A stretch of DNA of 14,152 bases, from the NCBI GenBank assembly GCA_039208735.1, contig JBCCQY010000195.1:1-14152 (forward strand), written 5' to 3'. The translations under genes and the position numbers were made by a program. A model generated the notes under the pieces. The model was not told the DNA's origin, made no database searches, and saw only the letters and a list, made by a program, of their open reading frames with translations. This DNA comes from Myxococcota bacterium. Lineage in GTDB: Bacteria; Myxococcota_A; UBA796; GCA-2862545. This document shows, piece by piece, positions 1 through 7,822 of this stretch. Within the stretch, counting starts at the first letter, position 1, and the number at the start of each line of letters is the position of its first letter.

Positions 1-2214
1 CTGCCATTTGGCCTCTACCATGCCTGGCGCTACAACTACTTCGCCTGGGAATTCCCGAATACCTACTACGGAAAGCTCGAACGGCGGGCCACGTTCCCCT
101 TGCTCGAATGGACGAGCAAATCTTGGCAGTACACGCGCGATTTCGCCTTTGAGATGGGTTGGGGCTTCTTTTTGCCCGTGTTCACCATGGGGGCCATCGG
201 GAGTCGGGGCTGGCGATGGCCGCTGGCCTTTGGCATCGCCGCCGGCACGGCCGTGTTGGTCACTTTGGTCGAACCCGCCCAACGTGCGCTCCTTCCTGCT
301 GTGGTGTTGGCGATTCTCGGCGTATTTTGGGTGGGCCTTGCGACGGTGGAAGAGCGCCCACCCAAGGCGTTGTTCTTGGCGGGGGTCGTGGTCGCCGCGG
401 GGCTGATTGGCGCCAGCGAACTCCTTCGTCAGGGCTACGATATGGCGCCGAACCAGATTCCCGTGTTCGATGCGCTCAAAACGGTCCCACCGTATGCCCT
501 CATTTCGGTCGGGGTCGTATTGTTTGCCGCCTCCTGGGGCGCTCGGTTCGAGGCCTCACGTCGTTTGACGACGGGCCTGGTACTGGCCGCGGTCCTCTTT
601 GCCCTCATTGCCCAGTGGGATTGGATGAACGGGTACCGGTGGTATGCGCCGGCCGTCGTTCCTGGATCATTGCTGTTTGCCCTTGGGGCGCACGGCTTTG
701 CGCAGGTCCTCCAGCGCACCTTTGGGGAGAGCACACAGACCATCACCGTCTCTGGGGCCATCGCCATCATCGGCCTCACGCTCCTGACGGTGCCTGCCAA
801 CGTGGCGCACACCCAGAAAATTGCCGCCAAACCCCAGACGAAGCCCGTGCATGTGCGGCATCGGGTCAACTTCGTCAACGGCGTGCGCGACACGCTGCAC
901 ATGGACTACGAGCGTTTCATCGATCTCGATGTCGATCAGGGCGCTCACCTGTACTGGTCGGACTTCGAGATGCTCGACCTGGCGGGCCTCATCGATGTGC
1001 CGTTCGCCCAACACAAATTCGAACAACCCTTCGTCCGCGAGTACCTCTTCTACGAGAAGGTGCCCCACTTTATCCACGTTCATGGAGGATGGGCTGGCAG
1101 TTCGCGAATTCCACGTCTGAAGGAGTTTCGCGAGGGCTATGTCGAAATCCCCGGCTACATCGCCAATCGGAGAGAGTTTCATATCGGCAACCACGTTCGC
1201 CGAAACCTGATGCTCGCTGACAGCTGGCCCCCCGATGCACGCGTCGACGTGCGCGGGGAGCCCGTCCGGTTTGACAACGACGTGATGGTTCACGGCATTC
1301 GGGTGCCGAGCGAACCTGCAGAAAAGGGCAAGTTCTACGTCGAAATCGGAGTTTCGCTGGAGGTCTCGCGCAAGCGCAAGGAGGACAACTTCCGTGTGTG
1401 GCTGATCGCCGAGCGCGGAGCCCAGCACCACGTTTGGGACCTTGCGCCAACCTACGATTGGATCACCCCACGGGATTGGAAGCGTGGCGAGATCTTCCAA
1501 GGGCGGTACAGCCTCGACCTTCCCGAAGCGTTGACGGCCGGAACCTATGATCTCGTCGTGGTCGTGGTGAATTCGGATGGTTCGGTCGCCCAGGTGCTCG
1601 GATCCTCCGCAGGGCCGGCGACGGTGGCCACCGGTGAGCTTCGCTACGAAGACGCGCTCACCGTGCTGGATGCCACCGCCTGGTCCAAGGCGCGGGAGCA
1701 AGACCGCGCGAATGCGATCGCTCATGCCAGCGCGTCGCGTTGCTTCGAGGCCGAACATGCCTGGTTGCTGGCCCGTCGGCACTCCGGTCATGACCGCGCT
1801 TGGATCGATGAGCAGTGGGGCGAATTGCGGCGTGCCTTCGCCACCTGCTACGCCGAGGCGTCGGATGCCTACGATGACCCCACGAAGAAGGTCCCCGACC
1901 TCGTCAAGGCGAGAGAGCACGACCACTGGGCACCCGCCTACCGGGATCGGGCTCGGGAGGTGGCCGATGCGTTGATGGAACGCGGAACTGCATCTCGCGA
2001 AGGTCAAGACTGGGAGCGCGCCTACCGCTACTTCGCCGATGCGGTGGCAGTCGATCGGAGTCGGTCCTGGGCACGACGGTGGGCCGAGGAGGCCCGTGCC
2101 TACCGGCTTGAGATCGACGATGAGACCATGGCCGCAAAAGAGGCGAAACGGAAGGCCGACGTCGAGAAGCGTCGGGCGGAACTGAAGCAGCGTTCCAAGT
2201 CCCCGCCGCGCTAA
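1..2214 (+). CDS. GT-C superfamily-like (AftB-like motif) membrane glycosyltransferase with C-terminal beta-sandwich and helical (TPR-like) extension; 5'-truncated by window edge; paralog of 2238..5012
   Basis: Frame is open from base 1 (LPFGLYHAWRYNYFAWEFPNTYYGKLERRATFPLLEW...), so the 100 start in the ORF track is not the true start. It aligns co-linearly with the downstream gene (WEFPNTYY[G/A]KLERR, MGWGFF, FALIAQWDWM[N/K]GYRWYAPAVVPG, D[L/I]AGL[I/V]DVP, GTYDL, AREHDHWAPAYR). Multiple hydrophobic helices; stop TAA 2212-2214. Confidence 0.8.
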   Translation: MPFGLYHAWRYNYFAWEFPNTYYGKLERRATFPLLEWTSKSWQYTRDFAFEMGWGFFLPVFTMGAIGSRGWRWPLAFGIAAGTAVLVTLVEPAQRALLPAVVLAILGVFWVGLATVEERPPKALFLAGVVVAAGLIGASELLRQGYDMAPNQIPVFDALKTVPPYALISVGVVLFAASWGARFEASRRLTTGLVLAAVLFALIAQWDWMNGYRWYAPAVVPGSLLFALGAHGFAQVLQRTFGESTQTITVSGAIAIIGLTLLTVPANVAHTQKIAAKPQTKPVHVRHRVNFVNGVRDTLHMDYERFIDLDVDQGAHLYWSDFEMLDLAGLIDVPFAQHKFEQPFVREYLFYEKVPHFIHVHGGWAGSSRIPRLKEFREGYVEIPGYIANRREFHIGNHVRRNLMLADSWPPDARVDVRGEPVRFDNDVMVHGIRVPSEPAEKGKFYVEIGVSLEVSRKRKEDNFRVWLIAERGAQHHVWDLAPTYDWITPRDWKRGEIFQGRYSLDLPEALTAGTYDLVVVVVNSDGSVAQVLGSSAGPATVATGELRYEDALTVLDATAWSKAREQDRANAIAHASASRCFEAEHAWLLARRHSGHDRAWIDEQWGELRRAFATCYAEASDAYDDPTKKVPDLVKAREHDHWAPAYRDRAREVADALMERGTASREGQDWERAYRYFADAVAVDRSRSWARRWAEEARAYRLEIDDETMAAKEAKRKADVEKRRAELKQRSKSPPR

Positions 2215-2237
2215 AGGGGCCGCTTCAAGGAGCATCC

Positions 2238-5012
2238 ATGACCGAGCGGGATCTACGGATCCACACGTGGGGGTTGGGCATCATCGTGGTTGCCGCAGTG
2301 ATCCACCACTGTGCGCTGTTTCTTTGGTATGTCGACGACGCTGCGATCACCTTCGCTTACGCACGGAACCTTGCGTTCGGTGAAGGCCTCGTCCCGTTCG
2401 TCGGAGGGGAGCGGGTCGAGGGCTACTCCAATCCTGCTTGGACCTTCTTTTTGGTCCCGTTCGCGTTCGTGGGACTCGATCTCGTGGCCTCGGTACGCTG
2501 GATCCAGCTTTTGCTGGTCATTGCCACGATTGGGGTGACCTACCTCGCGGCCCGCGAGGCCATGGCCCACCTCGACGGTGACGAAGCACCCCATCCCTTG
2601 ACCCGTCACGCGCCGCTCCTCGCTCCTGCCTTACTGGCGGTGAGCGCCCAGTTTTCGACCTGGACGGGGGCTGGTCTTGAGATCGCGCTGATGGACCTGT
2701 TCATGGCTCTCGCGATCTGGCGTTCGCTGATCGAGTGGCGCACCGGAGAGTGGCCGTGGTCCGCCGCATTGTGGCTGGGCGTGGCGCTGTCGCGTCCCGA
2801 AGCCATCCTTTATGCGGCGGCAGCCGGATTTTGCGCCATGGTCGTGCAGTTCCGGGCTGGCCGAGGCCTGTTGCCGACCGCGAAGTGGCTGCTGACGTTC
2901 TTCCTTCCGATGGGGCTGTACCAGGCCTGGCGATTGATGTACTTCGGCTGGGAATTTCCCAACACCTACTACGCAAAGCTGGAGCGTCGCCCGAGCTTTC
3001 CTCTCCTCGATTGGCAAGCGCGAACATGGAGATATACGCGGAACTTCGCCCACAACATGGGGTGGGGGTTCTTCGCCCCTATCTGGACGCTCGGCGCGAT
3101 GGGCTTTCGAAGCTGGCGTTGGTCAGCGGCGTTGGGCGTGGCCGCGGTCGGAGCCCTCGTCATCGCCGCTGGCACCTCGAGTCAGCGATTGCTCCTGCCT
3201 GCGGTGGTCTTTGCCGTCGTGGTGGGCGCGTGGTTCGCCTTGGATCGGTCTCGAGCCACACCCCGTGCCTATGTGGGGGTGCTGGTCACGGCGTTGCTCC
3301 TCGTCGGCGTTTCCGAAGCGCTGCAGGCGTTTTGGGGCTTCGTGCCCGCTGCGCTTCCATTGCCGAAGATGGTCTTCACGGTGCCGCCGTACGTGCTCGT
3401 TGGCATGGCACTGACGCTATTCGTGTTGTCGTTTGATGACCGGAACGTCCCCGCGCGGTCGCTGGTGTTGTCGCTTTGTTTGGCCGCAGTGTTCTTCGCC
3501 CTCATCGCGCAGTGGGACTGGATGAAGGGCTACCGTTGGTATGCGCCCGCCGTGGTGCCCGGCGCGATCTTGTTCGCCATGGGGCTGCATCACTTCGCCA
3601 TGGGCATGGCCGAGCGGCTCGGAGGCCTCTTCGAAGGTCCGCGTTTTGAACGTTCAACGGTGGCCCTCGCGGTGGTCGGCATGGTCGTCTTGGCCGCGAT
3701 TCCGCCTAATGTGATCGAGACCATCGACCGGGTGAGGAATCCTGACCCCTCGCCAAGAGGGGTGCTGACTCGCGCACGGTACATGCAGAAGGTGGAGCGG
3801 CGGCTGCATCTCGAGGAACGAGCGCGCGATCTCGAGGTCGACATGGGTGGCCACATGTACTGGACCGATTTCGAGATGGTCGACATTGCTGGTCTGGTCG
3901 ACGTCCCCATGGGACACCACAAGTTCGCGCCTGCCTTCATCGACGAGTACCTGTTTCGCGAACAGCTCCCTCATTTCGTGCATCTGCACAACACGTGGGA
4001 GCGCAACAGTCGCATCAAGAAGCGGCCGTACTGGCGGAATCGCGGCTACATCGAGATCACGCCTTACCTGACGGGCGGAGGCGAGTGGCACGGCGGCAAT
4101 CACGTACGGCGAGACATTGTCCTACCGAAGACGTGGCCGCATGGTGGAACGCCGGTGCAACTCGACAAGGGCACCGTTCTGCATGGGGTGCACGTGCCCA
4201 GTGACCCTCCCGAGGGCGGCAAGCTCTATGTTGAGGTCGGAATCGCCCAACTCGATGAGCCAGGGCAAGATGACTTCCGGCTCTGGCTGGTGGCGACGAA
4301 CGGGGCCGTCGTGGTGCGTTGGGACTTGGATCCCGGCTACAGCTGGATTGACCCCACGGAGTGGATGGATGATGAGATCTTCCACGGCCGCTACACCCTC
4401 CGAATGCCCGAATCGTTAAGGGCGGGAACCTACGATCTGGGCCTTATGGTCTTGGGAGCCGACGGGACGATGCGGTCGCCTGCCGATGACCCCGAAGCGG
4501 TCCAGCTCGACGTAGGCACGTTGGCGGTGCTCACCCCCGAAGTGGCGCTTGCGGAGGCGGAACGCGATCGGGACCGCAGCCTCGAACAGGCGGAGTCCGG
4601 AAGTTGTAAGGCTGCGGAAGATTGGTGGTTTCAAGCCCGTAAACATCAGGCAGGAAATCGCGAGTGGCGGGAGTCTCAGGACGGCGTGGTGCGGCGAGCC
4701 ATGGCCGAGTGTTGGGCGCGGAAGTCCGAAGGCCAGGACCGGGCCTCGAAGGTCCAGGCGCTGATCCGAGCCAGGGAGCACGATCATTGGGCGCCCGCCT
4801 ATCGCGTGGCGGCTCGGGCGTTGGCGGGTCAGCTCTATGCCGAAGGCCACGTCGCACGGGATGCGGAAGATTGGGAAGGGGCGTACCGTGCGTTTGCCGA
4901 CGCGGTGGCGGTGGACCGCAGCTGGTCATGGGCCCGACGCTATGCCGAGGAAGCTCGGGCCCATCGCCTTGGCCTGTGGCCCAAGGAAGAGGACCAGACC
5001 GCGGCGCGGTGA
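2238..5012 (+). CDS. GT-C superfamily-like (AftB-like motif) polytopic membrane glycosyltransferase, 924 aa, with C-terminal extracytoplasmic extension
   Basis: RBS AAGGAG at 2227-2232 before ATG. First TM is followed by the acidic motif VDDAAITFAYARNL...GERVEGYSNP (compare AftB-type DDxxIxxxxxxN...GERVE), then GLE, RPE, PNTYYAK and DWM..R motifs and many TM helices. A soluble region follows (DIAGLVD motif, W..dEIF..rY.L..P..L..GTYDL beta-domain, Ala/Arg/Trp-rich helical tail). Donor and acceptor cannot be determined from sequence. Confidence 0.82.
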   Translation: MTERDLRIHTWGLGIIVVAAVIHHCALFLWYVDDAAITFAYARNLAFGEGLVPFVGGERVEGYSNPAWTFFLVPFAFVGLDLVASVRWIQLLLVIATIGVTYLAAREAMAHLDGDEAPHPLTRHAPLLAPALLAVSAQFSTWTGAGLEIALMDLFMALAIWRSLIEWRTGEWPWSAALWLGVALSRPEAILYAAAAGFCAMVVQFRAGRGLLPTAKWLLTFFLPMGLYQAWRLMYFGWEFPNTYYAKLERRPSFPLLDWQARTWRYTRNFAHNMGWGFFAPIWTLGAMGFRSWRWSAALGVAAVGALVIAAGTSSQRLLLPAVVFAVVVGAWFALDRSRATPRAYVGVLVTALLLVGVSEALQAFWGFVPAALPLPKMVFTVPPYVLVGMALTLFVLSFDDRNVPARSLVLSLCLAAVFFALIAQWDWMKGYRWYAPAVVPGAILFAMGLHHFAMGMAERLGGLFEGPRFERSTVALAVVGMVVLAAIPPNVIETIDRVRNPDPSPRGVLTRARYMQKVERRLHLEERARDLEVDMGGHMYWTDFEMVDIAGLVDVPMGHHKFAPAFIDEYLFREQLPHFVHLHNTWERNSRIKKRPYWRNRGYIEITPYLTGGGEWHGGNHVRRDIVLPKTWPHGGTPVQLDKGTVLHGVHVPSDPPEGGKLYVEVGIAQLDEPGQDDFRLWLVATNGAVVVRWDLDPGYSWIDPTEWMDDEIFHGRYTLRMPESLRAGTYDLGLMVLGADGTMRSPADDPEAVQLDVGTLAVLTPEVALAEAERDRDRSLEQAESGSCKAAEDWWFQARKHQAGNREWRESQDGVVRRAMAECWARKSEGQDRASKVQALIRAREHDHWAPAYRVAARALAGQLYAEGHVARDAEDWEGAYRAFADAVAVDRSWSWARRYAEEARAHRLGLWPKEEDQTAAR

Positions 5013-5015
5013 GTC

Positions 5016-5573
5016 CTACAGAACGCGCATGAAGCTTAGGATGGGCATGCCGAAGAAGGGCGTGATGACGCCGACCACGAGCGAGATGGCGGGCAGCACG
5101 AAGAGTCGTAGCGCGTTGCGACGTGCCGGATCGCTCGCCCACCAGACGTAGGTCGGCACCAACCAGAGGGTCTGGAACATGGCCGCCACGGTGCCCATGG
5201 GCCACGCCAGCACGATGTGATTGGTTGAAAGAACGAGGAATGCAGCCCCCATTGCGACCGTGGCTCCCCAGAGCCCAAGCACCAAGGGAAACACTGAGAA
5301 TCCCAGGGCTCGGAAACTACCTGGCCGTAGCCGCTGTCCCAGCGTGTGCAGGCCCCATCCAACCAGGCCACCGGTCGGGATGCCCAGCATGGCGCAGACC
5401 GCGACGTAGGGCGTAGAAAGCAGGTTGGGACTGTACAGCGTGACGCCGACGAGGGGCACGAAAGTGGACGTGACAAAGCCGATCACCGACCAGTCGAACA
5501 CCCAGTCTGAGACGGTGAGGTTCGTGGTGTGGTTCAGCGGCTCGAGCGAGGGCCGATCGGGATGAACAGACAT
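5016..5573 (-). CDS. hypothetical integral membrane protein (~185 aa, about 5-6 TM helices)
   Basis: ATG at 5573 is preceded by AGGAG. Downstream of it the protein is hydrophobic with GxxxG-type helices (GIPTGGLVGWG, LGLWGATVAMG). The upstream part of the 303-aa ORF is antisense to the next gene and is not protein-like. Confidence 0.7.
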   Translation of the reverse strand: MSVHPDRPSLEPLNHTTNLTVSDWVFDWSVIGFVTSTFVPLVGVTLYSPNLLSTPYVAVCAMLGIPTGGLVGWGLHTLGQRLRPGSFRALGFSVFPLVLGLWGATVAMGAAFLVLSTNHIVLAWPMGTVAAMFQTLWLVPTYVWWASDPARRNALRLFVLPAISLVVGVITPFFGMPILSFMRVL

Positions 5574-5607
5574 GGCATCTCCTGGGATGTCCTGTACCGG
5601 ACGCCTG

Positions 5608-5622
5608 TGCACGGACCGTGCA
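5608..5622. promoter_or_regulatory. perfect 7-1-7 palindrome TGCACGG-A-CCGTGCA in divergent intergenic region; candidate operator
   Basis: Inverted repeat seen directly between the divergent starts at 5573 (-) and 5706 (+). The 1-nt spacer fits a DNA-binding site better than an RNA hairpin. Function is inferred only. Confidence 0.35.
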
Positions 5623-5705
5623 GGCGGCCAGGCAATCCCTGGGCGAGTCGCAATGTTTGCCTTCGCTGGGGCGTAGCAAATCGTGTACTCACCGAGAGGT
5701 TGTCT

Positions 5706-6353
5706 GTGACCGCGTCCCTCGCCTCCTTGTTCGTCAACACCGAGGCGGTCTCCATCAAGCAGAAACGAGAACTGAGCGAGGTTGTGCTCGGCTTCGATGT
5801 CGCGAATCGATACCGGGTGCTCGATCAAGACGGGCAATCGCGCGGCGAGGTCCTCGAAGAGGCCAACGGGCTGACGGGAATGTTGTTTCGCAATGTGCTG
5901 TCCACCTGGCGACCCCTCGTCATGCACGTGAGGGACGTCGAAGGCTACGAGGTCGCGAAGCTCACGAAGTCGTTTTCACTGTTCTTTCATCGCTTGGTGG
6001 TCCACGTGGGAGGGCAGACGGTCGGCTCGGTGCAGCGTCGCTGGTCGCTGTTGGGCCGCAAGTACGATGTACACGACGCTTCAGGTCGCCTGGTCGCCCG
6101 CATCCGACGGCCGTTGTTCCGGCTTTGGACCTACCCGGTGACCGATCCCGAAGGCAACGAGATCGCACGCATCGGCAAGCGGTGGGGAGGCTTGTTCAAC
6201 GAGCTGTTCACCGATGCAGACACCTATGGAGTGTACTTCACAGAGGCCTGCGGCCCAGAGCTGCGAACCTTGCTGTTTTCCGCGATGTTTCTCATCGACA
6301 TGACGAACACCGAAGACAACGCGAATAGCGGGGGCCTGCTGTCGGTGACGTGA
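5706..6353 (+). CDS. phospholipid scramblase / LURP-one (Tubby C-terminal-like) family protein, ~215 aa
   Basis: Motifs KQKRELSEVVLGFDVANRY and IGKRWGGLFNELFTDADTYGVYF...LLFSAMFLID closely match the scramblase pattern (Q..E..E...GFE..N.Y; I.K.W.G...E.FTDAD.F...F). GAGAGG at 5694-5699 precedes GTG 5706 (TTG 5700 is an alternative start). Confidence 0.85.
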   Translation: MTASLASLFVNTEAVSIKQKRELSEVVLGFDVANRYRVLDQDGQSRGEVLEEANGLTGMLFRNVLSTWRPLVMHVRDVEGYEVAKLTKSFSLFFHRLVVHVGGQTVGSVQRRWSLLGRKYDVHDASGRLVARIRRPLFRLWTYPVTDPEGNEIARIGKRWGGLFNELFTDADTYGVYFTEACGPELRTLLFSAMFLIDMTNTEDNANSGGLLSVT

Positions 6354-6453
6354 CGGTTGGCACGATCGGGAACCGGCCTGACACGATCGGCGAGTGACCT
6401 GCCACCCACTGCGCTTAGGCTTCAGGGGACGGACCTTGGAGCCAATCGTGGAA

Positions 6454-7515
6454 ATGCAAATCGATAGCCAGAAGCCTGTTTTGGTGACCGGTGCGACGGG
6501 CTACGTCGCCGGCTGGGTGGTGAAGCGCCTGCTCGAGAAAGGCCTGACGGTGCGGGCAACCGTGCGCGACCCCTCGAACGAGGGCCGCCTGGCCTACCTG
6601 CGGGCGTTGGCCGAGGGTACGAAGGGCACGATCGAGTTCTTCGGCGCTGATCTGCTTGAGAAGGGCAGCTTCGATGAAGCGATGCAGGGGTGTGGCGTCG
6701 TGCTCCACATCGCCTCGCCCTACATTGCTTCGGTCAAGGATCCCCAGCGTGAACTCATCGATCCGGCGTTGAACGGAACGCGCAACGTGTTGGAAGCGGT
6801 GAATCGCACCGAGAGTGTGACGCGGGTGGTGCTGACCTCGAGTTGTGCTGCGATCTTCGGTTCGAGTGCGGACCTTGCGAACACCCCGAACGGTGTTTTC
6901 AACGAGGAAGTGTGGAATACCACGTCGTCGCTTACCGATGGCGCCTACTCCTACTCAAAGACGCTCGCGGAGCGCGAAGCTTGGAAGATCCATGACGCTC
7001 AGTCTCGCTGGCGGCTTGTCGTGGTGAATCCCCCAGGGGTTTTCGGACCGGGCATTCGCATGCACGAAAACGCAGAAAGTTTCAGGATCCTCACGTCCTT
7101 CGTGGATGGGACGTTCGCGTCGGGGGTGCCCGACATTCGCATCGGTTTCGTCGACGTTCGCGATGTCGCCGAAGCGCATCTCCGAGCGGCTTTCCTGCCC
7201 AACGCTTCGGGTCGGAACATCATCTCGGGTCACAACTCGGGCTTCGTCGAGCTTGCGGGCCTCGTCAAGCGTGAGTTTCCTGCGATCCGAGTTTCGGACC
7301 GCAAGCTACCGAAGTGGCTGTTGTGGCTCGTCGGCCCGATCCTCAACTCGGCGCTCACGCGGCGGTTCATTAGCCGCAACGTCGGCCATCCGTGGAGGGC
7401 CGACAACCGCAAGAGCATTGAGGAGCTTGGAATGACCTACCGTCCGCTGGACGAGACGTTCCGCGATCACATTGAGCAGCTGATGAAGTCCGGCTCCATC
7501 AAGGCTGCTGCCTAG
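6454..7515 (+). CDS. NAD(P)-dependent epimerase/dehydratase family protein (extended SDR; aldehyde reductase / dihydroflavonol reductase-like)
   Basis: Rossmann motif VLVTGATGYVAG, VRATVRD, H[I]ASP, PALNGTRNVL, VVLTSS, catalytic YSYSK, and VDVRDVAEAH. Start is ATG 6454 or GTG 6448 (GGAG at 6438-6441). Confidence 0.92.
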   Translation: MQIDSQKPVLVTGATGYVAGWVVKRLLEKGLTVRATVRDPSNEGRLAYLRALAEGTKGTIEFFGADLLEKGSFDEAMQGCGVVLHIASPYIASVKDPQRELIDPALNGTRNVLEAVNRTESVTRVVLTSSCAAIFGSSADLANTPNGVFNEEVWNTTSSLTDGAYSYSKTLAEREAWKIHDAQSRWRLVVVNPPGVFGPGIRMHENAESFRILTSFVDGTFASGVPDIRIGFVDVRDVAEAHLRAAFLPNASGRNIISGHNSGFVELAGLVKREFPAIRVSDRKLPKWLLWLVGPILNSALTRRFISRNVGHPWRADNRKSIEELGMTYRPLDETFRDHIEQLMKSGSIKAAA

Positions 7516-7748
7516 CGGACGACGGGGACGTCCGAGGTGTTCGTCGCGGGAACGGGGCCCTGCGGCAACACCCGGGCTCCGTCGTCAGGGCGTTCCTCAC
7601 GTGGGGGGGCGGGTTCCCGACTGTCGCGAATGTGCTGTTGGAGCATTCGCAACGCGCTGCGCACGAGATGTCCCTCCGAAAGATACTCGCCGGTTTCTAC
7701 CTCTTCGGCAATCCACGATCTGAGTTCTCGTGTAAGAAAGATGTGCAC
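7512..7748 (-). CDS. ribbon-helix-helix protein, ParD/CopG-Arc-MetJ antitoxin-like (~78 aa)
   Basis: GTG at 7748 is preceded by GGAGG. The N-terminus MHIFLTRELRSWIAEEVETGEYLSEGHLVRSALRMLQQH fits the ParD-type pattern M.i.L..el..fi...V.sG.Y.s.seviR.aLR.l. The C-terminal tail is Pro/charge-rich. Its stop overlaps the SDR stop (CTAG, 7512-7515). Confidence 0.72.
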   Translation of the reverse strand: MHIFLTRELRSWIAEEVETGEYLSEGHLVRSALRMLQQHIRDSREPAPPREERPDDGARVLPQGPVPATNTSDVPVVR

Positions 7749-7822
7749 GAAGCCTCCGTCTGTTCTCGCTATCCGAATGGAATTGACGGAATGGCTCGCG
7801 TAACCGCAGCGATGCCGCGTGG

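Noticed and set aside
667..2235. 522-aa minus-strand ORF (and similar long alternative-frame ORFs such as 159..1220, 10805..11839, 8075..8794)
   Set aside because: They overlap well-supported genes and show no recognisable motifs. Long shadow ORFs are expected from high-GC codon bias.
6357..6373. Sigma54 promoter (TTGGCACG)
   Set aside because: The -24 element matches, but the -12 position reads AA rather than the required GC. The same applies to the minus-strand TTGGCAC near 9604-9610.
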